64,000 nt of DNA from an uncultured Erysipelotrichaceae bacterium. GTDB lineage: Bacteria; Bacillota_I; Bacilli_A; RFN20; CAG-826. Shown here piece after piece: positions 1-8,785 of the stretch. The notes under the pieces were generated by a model. The model worked only from the letters and a program-made list of their open reading frames with translations. It did not search any database and was not told the DNA's origin. Each line of letters opens with the position of its first letter. Positions within the stretch are counted from its first letter, which is position 1. A program made the position numbers and the translations under genes. Location: positions 1,598 to 65,597 of the forward strand of contig CADCFC010000003.1 of NCBI GenBank assembly GCA_902800645.1, given 5' to 3'.

Positions 1-1693
1 CAGTAATTGTTGCAGAACCAGCAGCTACGCCAGTAACAACACCAGTTGACGAATCAACCGATGCTACATCAGCATTGCTACTACTCCATGTTAATGTCTT
101 ATTATTTGCATCAGCTGGCAAAGCTTCTGCAGTTAAAGTAATTGTTTCATTAACATTTACAGTAGAAACACTGCTAGTAATGTTAACACTTGTAACTTGT
201 TGAACAACATCTGAAACAGTAACGTTGCAACTTGCACTTTTTTCTATTCCAGTATGAGCATGATCTTCTGAATAACTTATAGTTAAATTATTGCTTCCTT
301 TAGTTAATGGTACACCTGCAGTAATTACTGCTTCTGATGTAACATCTGCGGTTGTTCCATCATCATATGTAACCGTCAAAGTAATTCCTAAATCAGAAAT
401 TGAAGGATTGTCTCCAGCATTAAATGAACCGCTAACCGCAGTTGAAGCCAATGAAGAAGGACTTTTTGAATAAGCATATCCTTCAGATATTTCTGCTTTA
501 GTGCCGTTATACATGAATGGTGATCCAAATACTGTAATTTGATTTCCATTAGCAATAATTGAATTAGCAAGTGTATCATTAAACCCAGTTTTATTAGCAT
601 CACCATATGTTTTATAACAATTCAATTTATCTGTAGCGTTTGCAGTATCACCCAAATCAAAATTGGCTGTATGTGACGTTGAGTAATATGTTTTGTTGAT
701 GATGTAACCGTGAACATAATAGTTAACCGAAGGATCATCGCTTCCAGCTCTATTAGCTATCAATAAAGCATCAGCAACAGAAAGTGGGTCTGCGCGTGTT
801 CCAGCATGTTCAACATCGACGACATGAATTGTAGAATAAGCAGGCTCATCGCAATCAGAGCAAACAGCTTTAATAACAGCATCTCCTACTGCTGTACCTG
901 TAACAACAATACTGTCTCCAGTATTTTGTGCTGGTAAAGAAACGTATTGCGATCCACTTTCAATTGTCCAAGTAACAGTTCCACTAGCGCCGTTGTTTTT
1001 GGTGGCACTTAAAGAAGCTGTCTTTGTGTTTGAACCGTAATCAATTGTCGCAGAAGTGGTAACAGAAATTGATTTCGGAGCTACTTCACTATCGTCATAA
1101 TAAAATGTGGCACTAGAAAAAGTAATATACTTGTTTGTGTTAGTCGTGTTGGCAGGCATAACAAAACCAATTTCAAAATACTTATTTGACCAATCTTTCC
1201 CAGCTGGACGATTAAATGTAACTGACGACTGCCAAGAGCCATTGCTTAAATTGCCATCAGTTGAATCTCCTGCAGAAGAACCAACTTTTAGAGTGATATC
1301 AGTCACATTAATATAATCAGAAGCGGGCTTTGCAGTTGAAATAACAACTTTAGTAATATTGCGAGTCGATACTGCGGTTGTAGATTGAATTTTTCGTACC
1401 ACACCAGCTTCTGACAAATCTGTCTTTTTTCCACCAATTTTCCATGGGGTGGCATATGAATTAGCCGTGACATTCCAAGAAACAGTTCCTTGCGTAGTGG
1501 ATGCGGTTTGGTAATATGAATTATGCGGACCAGTATTTGTTCCGGTTGCCGTCATGCCACTTAAAGTATACGCAGTTTGTTCGTCAGCTTTAACTTCGAT
1601 AGGTTCGCTAGCGCTGTTTATAGCCACACCCACTCCGACTGCCATAGCCATTCCAACGAAAGCTGTGGCGATCTTTGTAAATAATTTGTTCAT
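1..1693 (-). CDS. Surface adhesin-like protein (paralog of 35589..38411); N-terminus complete, C-terminus lies beyond window start
   Basis: Absent from the ORF track because it runs off the edge. ATG at 1693..1691 is preceded by GAAAGGAGAA. Hand translation MNKLFTKIATAFVGMAMAVGVGVAINSASEPIEVKADEQ... stays open down to codon 4..2. The signal/anchor helix is nearly identical to MNKLFTKIAGVAIGLTMAIGVGVSVG of the 940-aa ORF. The last ~45 codons read as a Big_2-type Ig repeat (ITLTAEALPADANNKTLTWSSSNADVASVDSSTGVVTGVAAGSATIT). Confidence 0.7.
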   Translation of the reverse strand, partial: MNKLFTKIATAFVGMAMAVGVGVAINSASEPIEVKADEQTAYTLSGMTATGTNTGPHNSYYQTASTTQGTVSWNVTANSYATPWKIGGKKTDLSEAGVVRKIQSTTAVSTRNITKVVISTAKPASDYINVTDITLKVGSSAGDSTDGNLSNGSWQSSVTFNRPAGKDWSNKYFEIGFVMPANTTNTNKYITFSSATFYYDDSEVAPKSISVTTSATIDYGSNTKTASLSATKNNGASGTVTWTIESGSQYVSLPAQNTGDSIVVTGTAVGDAVIKAVCSDCDEPAYSTIHVVDVEHAGTRADPLSVADALLIANRAGSDDPSVNYYVHGYIINKTYYSTSHTANFDLGDTANATDKLNCYKTYGDANKTGFNDTLANSIIANGNQITVFGSPFMYNGTKAEISEGYAYSKSPSSLASTAVSGSFNAGDNPSISDLGITLTVTYDDGTTADVTSEAVITAGVPLTKGSNNLTISYSEDHAHTGIEKSASCNVTVSDVVQQVTSVNITSSVSTVNVNETITLTAEALPADANNKTLTWSSSNADVASVDSSTGVVTGVAAGSATIT

Positions 1694-1719
1694 ACTTAAA
1701 ATTTCTCCTTTCTTTTATT

Positions 1720-1757
1720 CCTCCGAATGCGTTTTCAATAAATTTACATTCGTGAGG
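1720..1757 (-). promoter_or_regulatory. Conserved bulged-A leader hairpin 27 nt upstream of the surface-protein ATG
   Basis: Transcript sense: CCTCACGAATG-TAAATTTATTGAAAACG-CATTCGGAGG, a 10-bp stem with one bulged A. The same architecture with compensatory stem changes occurs at 38437..38470 upstream of the paralog. Confidence 0.4.
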
Positions 1758-2411
1758 TATATGAACAACATGAACTCACTAATGGATTTTTAGTTATTCG
1801 ATTAATAACCAAAAGATATATATTCCATCAGTGTGTTGTTTTGTCACTTATGCCTAAAAGTTTTGATTGTTAAGAATAATCAAATAGTTAAGATAAGTGA
1901 CTCTAAGGAGAGATATCTTTTATATTAAAGAGCAATGTGCACTCATGTTCTTTTATATTTATGATATATCTTCCTTATATAAGGATATTGATATTCTCTA
2001 TGTCTAACCACATCGACCACATGTGGTTATCCATATACATTATTTCTATATCCTTATACTAAAAGTATATTTATATATAATTGCTTTTTCAAAGACTATC
2101 TATAAGGGGTGCTATTTATAAATACATTGTATTTATAGATAAATAATTATTATTTAATAGTCTACTCACTACCAGATGTCTTTAAAGAACTGTAATTCCT
2201 ATTTTTTATTTACTACAAATTATTCCGACTATATCAATCTCAATTAGAGGTGTGTTGAGCTATATACTATATTATAATTAATATAGTGTGTTATTTGATG
2301 ATACACTTATAATAATGCAAAATTGAAAACTAAAGCAAAACTGATACGATTATATCAAAACTGCCTATATTCCAAATCATGAATGAGAACAGACCCACTA
2401 TGATCGCTAAT

Positions 2412-5400
2412 TTAAAATTTCTTCTTGCTGTGTTCCAAAAGTACTCCAATGCTATTGTTGTTTGAAATTTTATCAATAAAGTACTTCTTTTTATTTTCAA
2501 TTAAACTATCATAATTTTCAATGCAATACCTACGAGCTATTAACCTTACACAATTTTTGTTAAATTCGGTATTATTTTTATTGTCTATATAATTAATTAC
2601 GCTATCAATAAATTGGTTTTCCCTAGCAGAAAAAGACATTATCATGAATCTTTGAATATCCTTTACTGGATTAGCGTCGTCTCTTAATCTCTCACACAAT
2701 CTTTCGTTTAACATAGGATTATCTAGCGGCCTAGAACCAACATCATATATACTCAAAACGGTTGCTGTAACATACGATAAGAGCAAATCAAAAAAGCGGC
2801 TTATAAATTTTGTAGAGTATTTCTTATTATTGCTCTGTTCTCTTTGCATTTGAACATACATTTTTTCTAAATCGTCATTTGTAATTGTTATATATTTATC
2901 TACAACAATATTTGGTAGAGTCAGCGCAATTGATGTTAATTTATCTTTGATGCCTTTTGTCAATTTTGATGGAGCTGAATTCAATAAATTTGATACCACT
3001 TGCGACTTATTTAGTAAGTCGATCATTTCTTTCATTGTTTCACTTGCATCCTTTTCATAGAAGAAATCATCAGAATGTTCTAAATAATTTTCGCGTTGAA
3101 TTTGTTCTGCTTTACTGATGTCTTGCTTTATTTCGCTTATTCTATTCTCATCCAGTAGTTCAATTCTTTTTCTTTCGCTTTCAAAATATTTACTGATGGA
3201 ACTAAAATCTTTAAGTTCTAATTTAGCTCCACTAATTTTGTTGTAAAGATCGTTTGTAAAAAAATCAAGAATATCATCATAATTATAGTTATTAGAAATA
3301 TTTAGCAAAATATATGAATTTAATGACGAATAGAGTCCTCTTGAAAGAACTACTTCGATTTCTATTTTGCTGTGCTTATTGTGCAAACAATTTACTATGT
3401 ATTCACTTATAAAATAAGCAAAAATCTTTCTATTGATAAAAGAATAGCTAAAATCTTCGTTTTTCTTTAAAATATCTAAATCAATTAATTTTGAAAGATA
3501 AAGCTCAATCTTTTTTTGATCAAACGGAGGATCGTAAAGAGCAATTTCTCGATCGTAGACATCACAAAAGTCATCCTTGCTAAATGAATTATGTTTTTTC
3601 ATGTAGCAATCATATGCCATGTCACCAAGCATTCTTATGGAGTTAAATCTTCCACAATTAGCAAAACTTTTATCTTTTTCAATCAAATCTAGTTTACTAT
3701 CATATTTTGTTTTTTGATGAGACCAATTTTTATCTACGTTATGAACATCAACATCGAACAACATGCTTGTTGATAGGTCTAAAATACTTTTTGGATCAAT
3801 ACTATTCATCTTGTCCATTTTTTCGATGACTTTATCAAAAGTAGTAATAAAAGTATCTTTTTTAAAATTTTCCAAAATATCCGGTTTAATTTTTGCTGCA
3901 GTATTATAAATCAGTTGTAAAAATTCGTCCCTTTTTGCTTTATAAAGAACGTCAATCGCTAGAACTAAAACATTATCGTTTAAAGCTTCATCATTAGAGA
4001 AAAAATCACAAACGTGAGAATTGGACATTAAAATTATATTCCCAAATAACGTCGTTGAATCCATTATTCTTTTGAAATCAGCAACATCAGAATCGTCAAT
4101 AATAAGGATTCTGGATTTTTCCTCTGTGTTCCAGTACAATTGTTCGGCTGACTGATTGTTATAATTATCTTTTATAATTGAAGACATTAATAATTTAGCG
4201 CTTTTGTTGGTTGACACTTTTGTAAAATTATTCCCAGAAGTAATTAAAGGATTAAAGCCTCTACTGACGAACAAATGAAAAAGTCGATTTGCAAGCACAC
4301 TTTTGCCAGACTCATCATCACCTTTGATGATTACTATTTTCTTTTTCTTGATGGCTTCTACGAATTTGTCAAAAGTTGTTATTTTTTTCTTTTCAAAATT
4401 CAGGTATTTCTTTTCTGTTAAGTTTGGAAACACAAAAATATTAGATATATCGGTAGAGGTGTGACCAAACTTCACAAAGTTATTCTGATCTACTTGTTTC
4501 AAATTAACTCTTAGTTTATCTTTTGTTGCTTCTTTTCTTTTAAAATCTATGGCGTTAATGCCATTATCATTTATTTCTTCGTATACATAATCATTTTCAT
4601 TAAAAAGATATAGTTGATAATACATTTTATTATTATCTATATGAAACAGTGTAAAGCCGGATTGCCCATCGGAATATAATGCCGGCGCAGTAAGTTCAAT
4701 ATACCCAGCACTATTTGCGACAATAGAATCCTCATGAGTGTGTCCAGTAAAAACAACATCAATATTATTTGAAACAATTTGAGACAATTTTCCTTTTGTT
4801 TCTTTTCTTAAATAGGAAAATGGTATGTGCATAATCAAAAAGCTTAACGTTTCGTTTTCTCTCTCAATTTTCAAATGGTCAGGAGCTATATAAATATTTC
4901 CAATATTTGCGGCGTCGTCGCCTTCAGGGCTTGAATATGCTGACAATAATGAATTATTCAATGAATAGACGCTTACCTTATTATTGTCATAGGTAAAATT
5001 GAATTTTAACAAAACGTTATTTATCTGGCTTTTAGATTCGAAATTAGTATTTACGAAATCGTTATAATTATCATTTAAATACATTAATTCATTTATTTTT
5101 TCATCAAAATTGCTATCTTTGATGCTTTTAACGTATTCCGAATCAATTGTCTCTTCATTAAATTTTCTGTCATGGTTTCCTGGACAAATAGCTATTCTAA
5201 TTTTCTTTTTTATTTTTGCCTTAATTTCATTAATAAAATTTGAAAAAACTTCGTAATCTTCTTTTAAGCCACTTTGAACAGCATCTCCAGTGAATAAAAT
5301 TAAAACATTATTAGAAAAGTCATCATTATTAACAATATTTTTTATGCTATCGATTTTTTCATCAAGAAAAGTTAGCCTACGATATAAGTGTAAATCAGTA

Positions 5401-5432
5401 ATATGTAAAACTATTAATTTCATAAAAATCAC
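2412..5432 (-). CDS. Calcineurin-like metallophosphoesterase fused to a P-loop NTPase and a ~500-aa helical C-terminal region (STAND/Avs-like architecture)
   Basis: All five metallophosphoesterase motifs are present in order: HITDLH, FTGDAVQSG, CPGNHDR, LIMHIP, FTGHTHED. Walker A is IIKGDDESGKSVL (~aa 370) and Walker B is RILIIDDSDV (~aa 450); the rest is helical with no motif I recognise. The track start at 5432 is a GTG; the ATG at 5423 (MKLIVLHITDLH) is the more likely start. Confidence 0.75.
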   Translation of the reverse strand: MIFMKLIVLHITDLHLYRRLTFLDEKIDSIKNIVNNDDFSNNVLILFTGDAVQSGLKEDYEVFSNFINEIKAKIKKKIRIAICPGNHDRKFNEETIDSEYVKSIKDSNFDEKINELMYLNDNYNDFVNTNFESKSQINNVLLKFNFTYDNNKVSVYSLNNSLLSAYSSPEGDDAANIGNIYIAPDHLKIERENETLSFLIMHIPFSYLRKETKGKLSQIVSNNIDVVFTGHTHEDSIVANSAGYIELTAPALYSDGQSGFTLFHIDNNKMYYQLYLFNENDYVYEEINDNGINAIDFKRKEATKDKLRVNLKQVDQNNFVKFGHTSTDISNIFVFPNLTEKKYLNFEKKKITTFDKFVEAIKKKKIVIIKGDDESGKSVLANRLFHLFVSRGFNPLITSGNNFTKVSTNKSAKLLMSSIIKDNYNNQSAEQLYWNTEEKSRILIIDDSDVADFKRIMDSTTLFGNIILMSNSHVCDFFSNDEALNDNVLVLAIDVLYKAKRDEFLQLIYNTAAKIKPDILENFKKDTFITTFDKVIEKMDKMNSIDPKSILDLSTSMLFDVDVHNVDKNWSHQKTKYDSKLDLIEKDKSFANCGRFNSIRMLGDMAYDCYMKKHNSFSKDDFCDVYDREIALYDPPFDQKKIELYLSKLIDLDILKKNEDFSYSFINRKIFAYFISEYIVNCLHNKHSKIEIEVVLSRGLYSSLNSYILLNISNNYNYDDILDFFTNDLYNKISGAKLELKDFSSISKYFESERKRIELLDENRISEIKQDISKAEQIQRENYLEHSDDFFYEKDASETMKEMIDLLNKSQVVSNLLNSAPSKLTKGIKDKLTSIALTLPNIVVDKYITITNDDLEKMYVQMQREQSNNKKYSTKFISRFFDLLLSYVTATVLSIYDVGSRPLDNPMLNERLCERLRDDANPVKDIQRFMIMSFSARENQFIDSVINYIDNKNNTEFNKNCVRLIARRYCIENYDSLIENKKKYFIDKISNNNSIGVLLEHSKKKF

Positions 5433-5736
5433 CGCTTATTTAAAAATCTTTCATTAACATAATCAACCATTTATACATCTTTTGTCAATTCTATTGAGAT
5501 GGAATATGTATTTTTCAAAAACATAACTTTTATATGCCTGACTATCGTTTTTTTAACTGATAGTCTTAAATCTAACAATTCACTATTTTTTGACAATGAT
5601 ATGGATATATAAAAAGCTTTATTTTTCAGTTTTCGACACAAAATAGTGACGATGAATAATAAATATAACAATATTTTTATTCTCAATAATTAGTGTTATG
5701 GAAGGTCGAACATTGAATAAAATCTGGCTAAGGAAA

Positions 5737-5837
5737 CTATATAATCTCCCACTTATAGATATCTCGGCAAGTGTTTGTCTCCGCCAACTACTAACCACAT
5801 ACAATCTCTAAGACAAACACGAGGCATGTGTCGTTTT
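5737..5837. repeat. Island repeat, copy 1 (right-hand hairpin half; a degenerate left half may extend back to ~5590)
   Basis: About 85% identical by eye to 17342..17442: ctataWaatctcc...ttatagatatYYcggcaaGTGTTTGTCT-N30-AGACAAACACgag. The 10-bp stem is 5771..5780 / 5811..5820. Confidence 0.7.
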
Positions 5838-5898
5838 TTGCAAACGAAATATATGAATTGTCATTGTAAGTAATAATCAATTATTTTATGATTGATTT

Positions 5899-6882
5899 AT
5901 GGCAGATAAATTATTCTTAACAATCGATGAACAATTGAACCATTTATCATTAGATAAAGAGATTTCTTGTGGTGAAGCGCATAAAGAATCATTACTGAGA
6001 ATTGGTTATTTTAATTTGGTTAATGGTTATAAAACACCATTTACATCTAGTAAGGATGCTCAGGGTAATCATATATACGCTAAAGGGACAACATTAGATG
6101 AGCTGATTAATCTTAAAAACTTTGATGATGACTTGAGATATATTTTGATTAGAACATTAACCAAATGTGAAGAAGAAATAAAAACAATCGCTAGTTATAT
6201 ATTAGAAAAATATAAGCCAGCTAAAATAACTTGGAGAAGTACAAACGCATATAATAAGGCGCTAGATAAATCTAATATTGATAGAATTAATAAGCTTATA
6301 AGCAGAATGCAAAAGCAATTAAACGAAAGAGAAGATTTGGAATATGTAAAGTTTTATAAATCGTCTCATAAAGGAAAAATCCCTATGTGGGTAATTACAA
6401 AAGCAATATATTTTGGAACATTCATTGATTTAATAGAATTATCTAAACCAATAGTCGCAGAATCGCTTTGTGAATTATATAATATTAAAGACATAAACAA
6501 TGATAACGATATTAAATTATTAATTGGTTCACTACACTGGATAAGAATTTTTAGAAACGCCTGTGCACATAATGAAAGAATATATTGCTTAAAAGGTGCA
6601 GGTAGAATTTTTGATATAGAAATAAGAAAATTTGGAAACAGATATATGAGAATCAAAGAAAGAAAACTATTTGATCTTCTTGTCTATCTCCGTTACTACA
6701 TGCAGAAGAAAGAATATCAACAATTAATTAAAAACATCAAAGATAAATTAATAAAACTCCAGTCATCTATATCAGTGTACGCTTTTGATAACATAAGAGG
6801 TGGGATGGGTATTAAAAATTTAGAAGACTTAGATATATTATCTAAAGATGGATTTGATAACGGTTACATGAAATTATATTAA
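5899..6882 (+). CDS. Abi_2 family (AbiD/AbiF-like) abortive-infection protein
   Basis: Family landmarks: RIGYFNLVNGYK (the YYRLSxY-like segment), NLKNFDDDLRYIL, and the hallmark SLHWIRIFRNACAHNERIY (RNxxAHxxR motif). Confidence 0.8.
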   Translation: MADKLFLTIDEQLNHLSLDKEISCGEAHKESLLRIGYFNLVNGYKTPFTSSKDAQGNHIYAKGTTLDELINLKNFDDDLRYILIRTLTKCEEEIKTIASYILEKYKPAKITWRSTNAYNKALDKSNIDRINKLISRMQKQLNEREDLEYVKFYKSSHKGKIPMWVITKAIYFGTFIDLIELSKPIVAESLCELYNIKDINNDNDIKLLIGSLHWIRIFRNACAHNERIYCLKGAGRIFDIEIRKFGNRYMRIKERKLFDLLVYLRYYMQKKEYQQLIKNIKDKLIKLQSSISVYAFDNIRGGMGIKNLEDLDILSKDGFDNGYMKLY

Positions 6883-6960
6883 TTGTACGATTGTAGTTGA
6901 CAATAGGTATTAAATATTGATAGATTATTGATACAAGAGATATCCTTTATAGGATGAAAA

Positions 6961-6985
6961 GGTGCCGAGTAATCGACGCCTTTTT
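6961..6985 (+). terminator. Probable intrinsic terminator of the Abi_2 gene
   Basis: GGTGCCGA-GTAA-TCGACGCC (one mismatch, one wobble) followed by TTTTT, about 80 nt after the stop codon. Confidence 0.45.
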
Positions 6986-7020
6986 AATTTTAAATATTTA
7001 AATTAATGAGATGAACAACG

Positions 7021-7239
7021 CTATTTAAAAAGTTTTGGAGTTATATAAACAAAGAACGTAAAAAATAGTAATTGGTTATAATTCTTACTATTAGAGTGAA
7101 TAACATAAGTTGCTAATACTTTATGATTACCTTTAGTCAATATTCCTCTTTTTAATATTGTTAACCAGAAGATGTAGTCCTCATGACGGTTATATGTTTC
7201 ATCAAAATATAAATCACCTTTAACACTTCTAACATACAT
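7021..7239 (-). pseudogene. C-terminal stump of a family-2 glycosyltransferase
   Basis: DETYNRHEDYIFWLTILKRGILTKGNHKVLATYVIHSNS matches the post-catalytic EDYxxWL...Y(R/V)xxxxS segment of GT2 enzymes. The frame closes with TAA 13 codons upstream of the Met, and no catalytic N-terminal half is present. Confidence 0.55.
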
Positions 7240-7537
7240 AGTGGATAGGCAAGATAAAGGGTTACTCTTAATGAATGTTTATAGTTCGTTACCCATGGCA
7301 TTATAAAATACATGCACGAATTTCAGCTCGTCTTCTATAGCTTATGGAAATTAAAACTTCGTGTTCTATACTAAAAAACTAAGTCGAAAATCAAAATGGT
7401 ATTTTATTAATCGTATTATCGAGATCTTAAAATTTAATTTTTTTAAGAAGATTACATAAATCCTGGGTTTCTTGGGTTAGTGGTGCTATACTCACCGAAC
7501 GATTGTTCCTTCGTCAATCCTAAAAGAATAAATGCTT

Positions 7538-8785
7538 TTAAAATGAAAATGGATTTTTGATTGCACCCTTAGTAACAAACAACAATTCAAATTGTACAAT
7601 ATTGCCAGTCACCTCGAAGATATCATTAACAAAAAATAAACTTAGAAATATGCGATTGTTTTTCTCGTTTGTATAAATCAATTCCTTAACAGCAATGTTC
7701 AAGGTTTCTTTTTTAGTGTTTTCTATAACATAAAATGATAAGGTTGGGTCGTCGTTCATTTGTTCAATTCTTTTTATGGAGTTAATATCAATAATTATTT
7801 CGTTGTTCTTCAATATAGGCCTATTTCTAACAATGCTCATGAGGAATTGGTTGATTGAATTGTGGTTTCTAACAATATATTCTGGCTTTCTCAAAAGCCT
7901 ACCCAGCGCGCGTCTGATTCTTCTTTTATCGTACCAGTAGTTTAAATTTTTTCCATTAATCAAATTTAGTGACTCTTTAATTAAATCCTCACACACTTCT
8001 ATTCCAATCCTATCGTTCATTTCGAATTTAATAGATTTTTCAATCATCTCATAGACTGGTTCCAATTCAATATTGTCACTTGTATAAGATTTAATCTCAA
8101 AATCATAATCAATCCTTTCAATGCCGTCGTTGAATGAATAGTAACTTTTTTTCAATAAGGCATATACTGTTTTTGCAAAAGAATATACATCACTTGCATA
8201 ATATTTGTCGGTGTCTATGATTGTTCTGTCCATGAGTTCTGGTGGAGTAAAAGTATATGAACCCATCCTTGAATGGTTTGTTTCTCCACCCTCTTCACTA
8301 ATCAGTCCAAAATCACACAAAATCAAAACGTACCCATCACCATTATCTTTCTTCTCAAATAAAATATTTGTTGGTTTAATATCGCGATGAGCAAATCCTT
8401 GCGAGTGTATATATTTGATTGCGTCAATTAAGTCTAAACAGTATTGAAGAATAGTCTTATTCGTTGGATTTGAAGCATAAAAATCATTGATCGTTAAATA
8501 TTTTTTCATAACAAAAAATTCAGGACCATTCTTATAAGAGTCAATAAGTTTAGGAATATGAATGTCTTTATTTTGATGTTTCTTTAAAAAATCTATTTCT
8601 TTGTTAAATCTCTCTAATCTGATTGCTCTATCGGTTCTAATTTCGGCTACATTAAAAACCTTCGCGACAATCTCGTTGTTACATGCAACAGATCTAATAA
8701 CGCCATTCCCGCCTTTGGGGTCGTTTTCATTTTTTACAATTTTATATGATTGAATGTATCCGTTTAATATTTCTGAATTATTCAT
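7538..8785 (-). CDS. Hanks-type Ser/Thr protein kinase with an unassigned ~150-aa C-terminal domain
   Basis: G-loop KGGNGVIRSV, catalytic Lys in EIVAKVF, HRDIKPTNILF, CDFGL, TFTPPEL. The start is set at ATG 8785..8783, which overlaps the TAA (8780..8778) of the upstream ORF (ATGAATAA). The track's longer start at 8842 lies inside the upstream gene. Confidence 0.8.
   Translation of the reverse strand: MNNSEILNGYIQSYKIVKNENDPKGGNGVIRSVACNNEIVAKVFNVAEIRTDRAIRLERFNKEIDFLKKHQNKDIHIPKLIDSYKNGPEFFVMKKYLTINDFYASNPTNKTILQYCLDLIDAIKYIHSQGFAHRDIKPTNILFEKKDNGDGYVLILCDFGLISEEGGETNHSRMGSYTFTPPELMDRTIIDTDKYYASDVYSFAKTVYALLKKSYYSFNDGIERIDYDFEIKSYTSDNIELEPVYEMIEKSIKFEMNDRIGIEVCEDLIKESLNLINGKNLNYWYDKRRIRRALGRLLRKPEYIVRNHNSINQFLMSIVRNRPILKNNEIIIDINSIKRIEQMNDDPTLSFYVIENTKKETLNIAVKELIYTNEKNNRIFLSLFFVNDIFEVTGNIVQFELLFVTKGAIKNPFSF

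Noticed and set aside
5471-5804. Two overlapping minus-strand ORFs (71 and 61 aa) between the STAND and Abi_2 genes
   Set aside because: They lie on the degenerate/right half of the island repeat. Both strands are open in this AT-rich DNA, and differences between repeat copies show no codon-position bias. I treat this as repeat DNA, not genes.
5771-5820. The repeat hairpin considered as an integron attC-like site
   Set aside because: There are no RYYYAAC/GTTRRRY core sites at the stem ends, no extrahelical-base pattern I could see, and no integron integrase in the window.
7481-7510. TGGTGC... string resembling the complement of a tRNA 3' CCA end
   Set aside because: The upstream sequence cannot form a T-arm or acceptor stem, so it is not a tRNA fragment.
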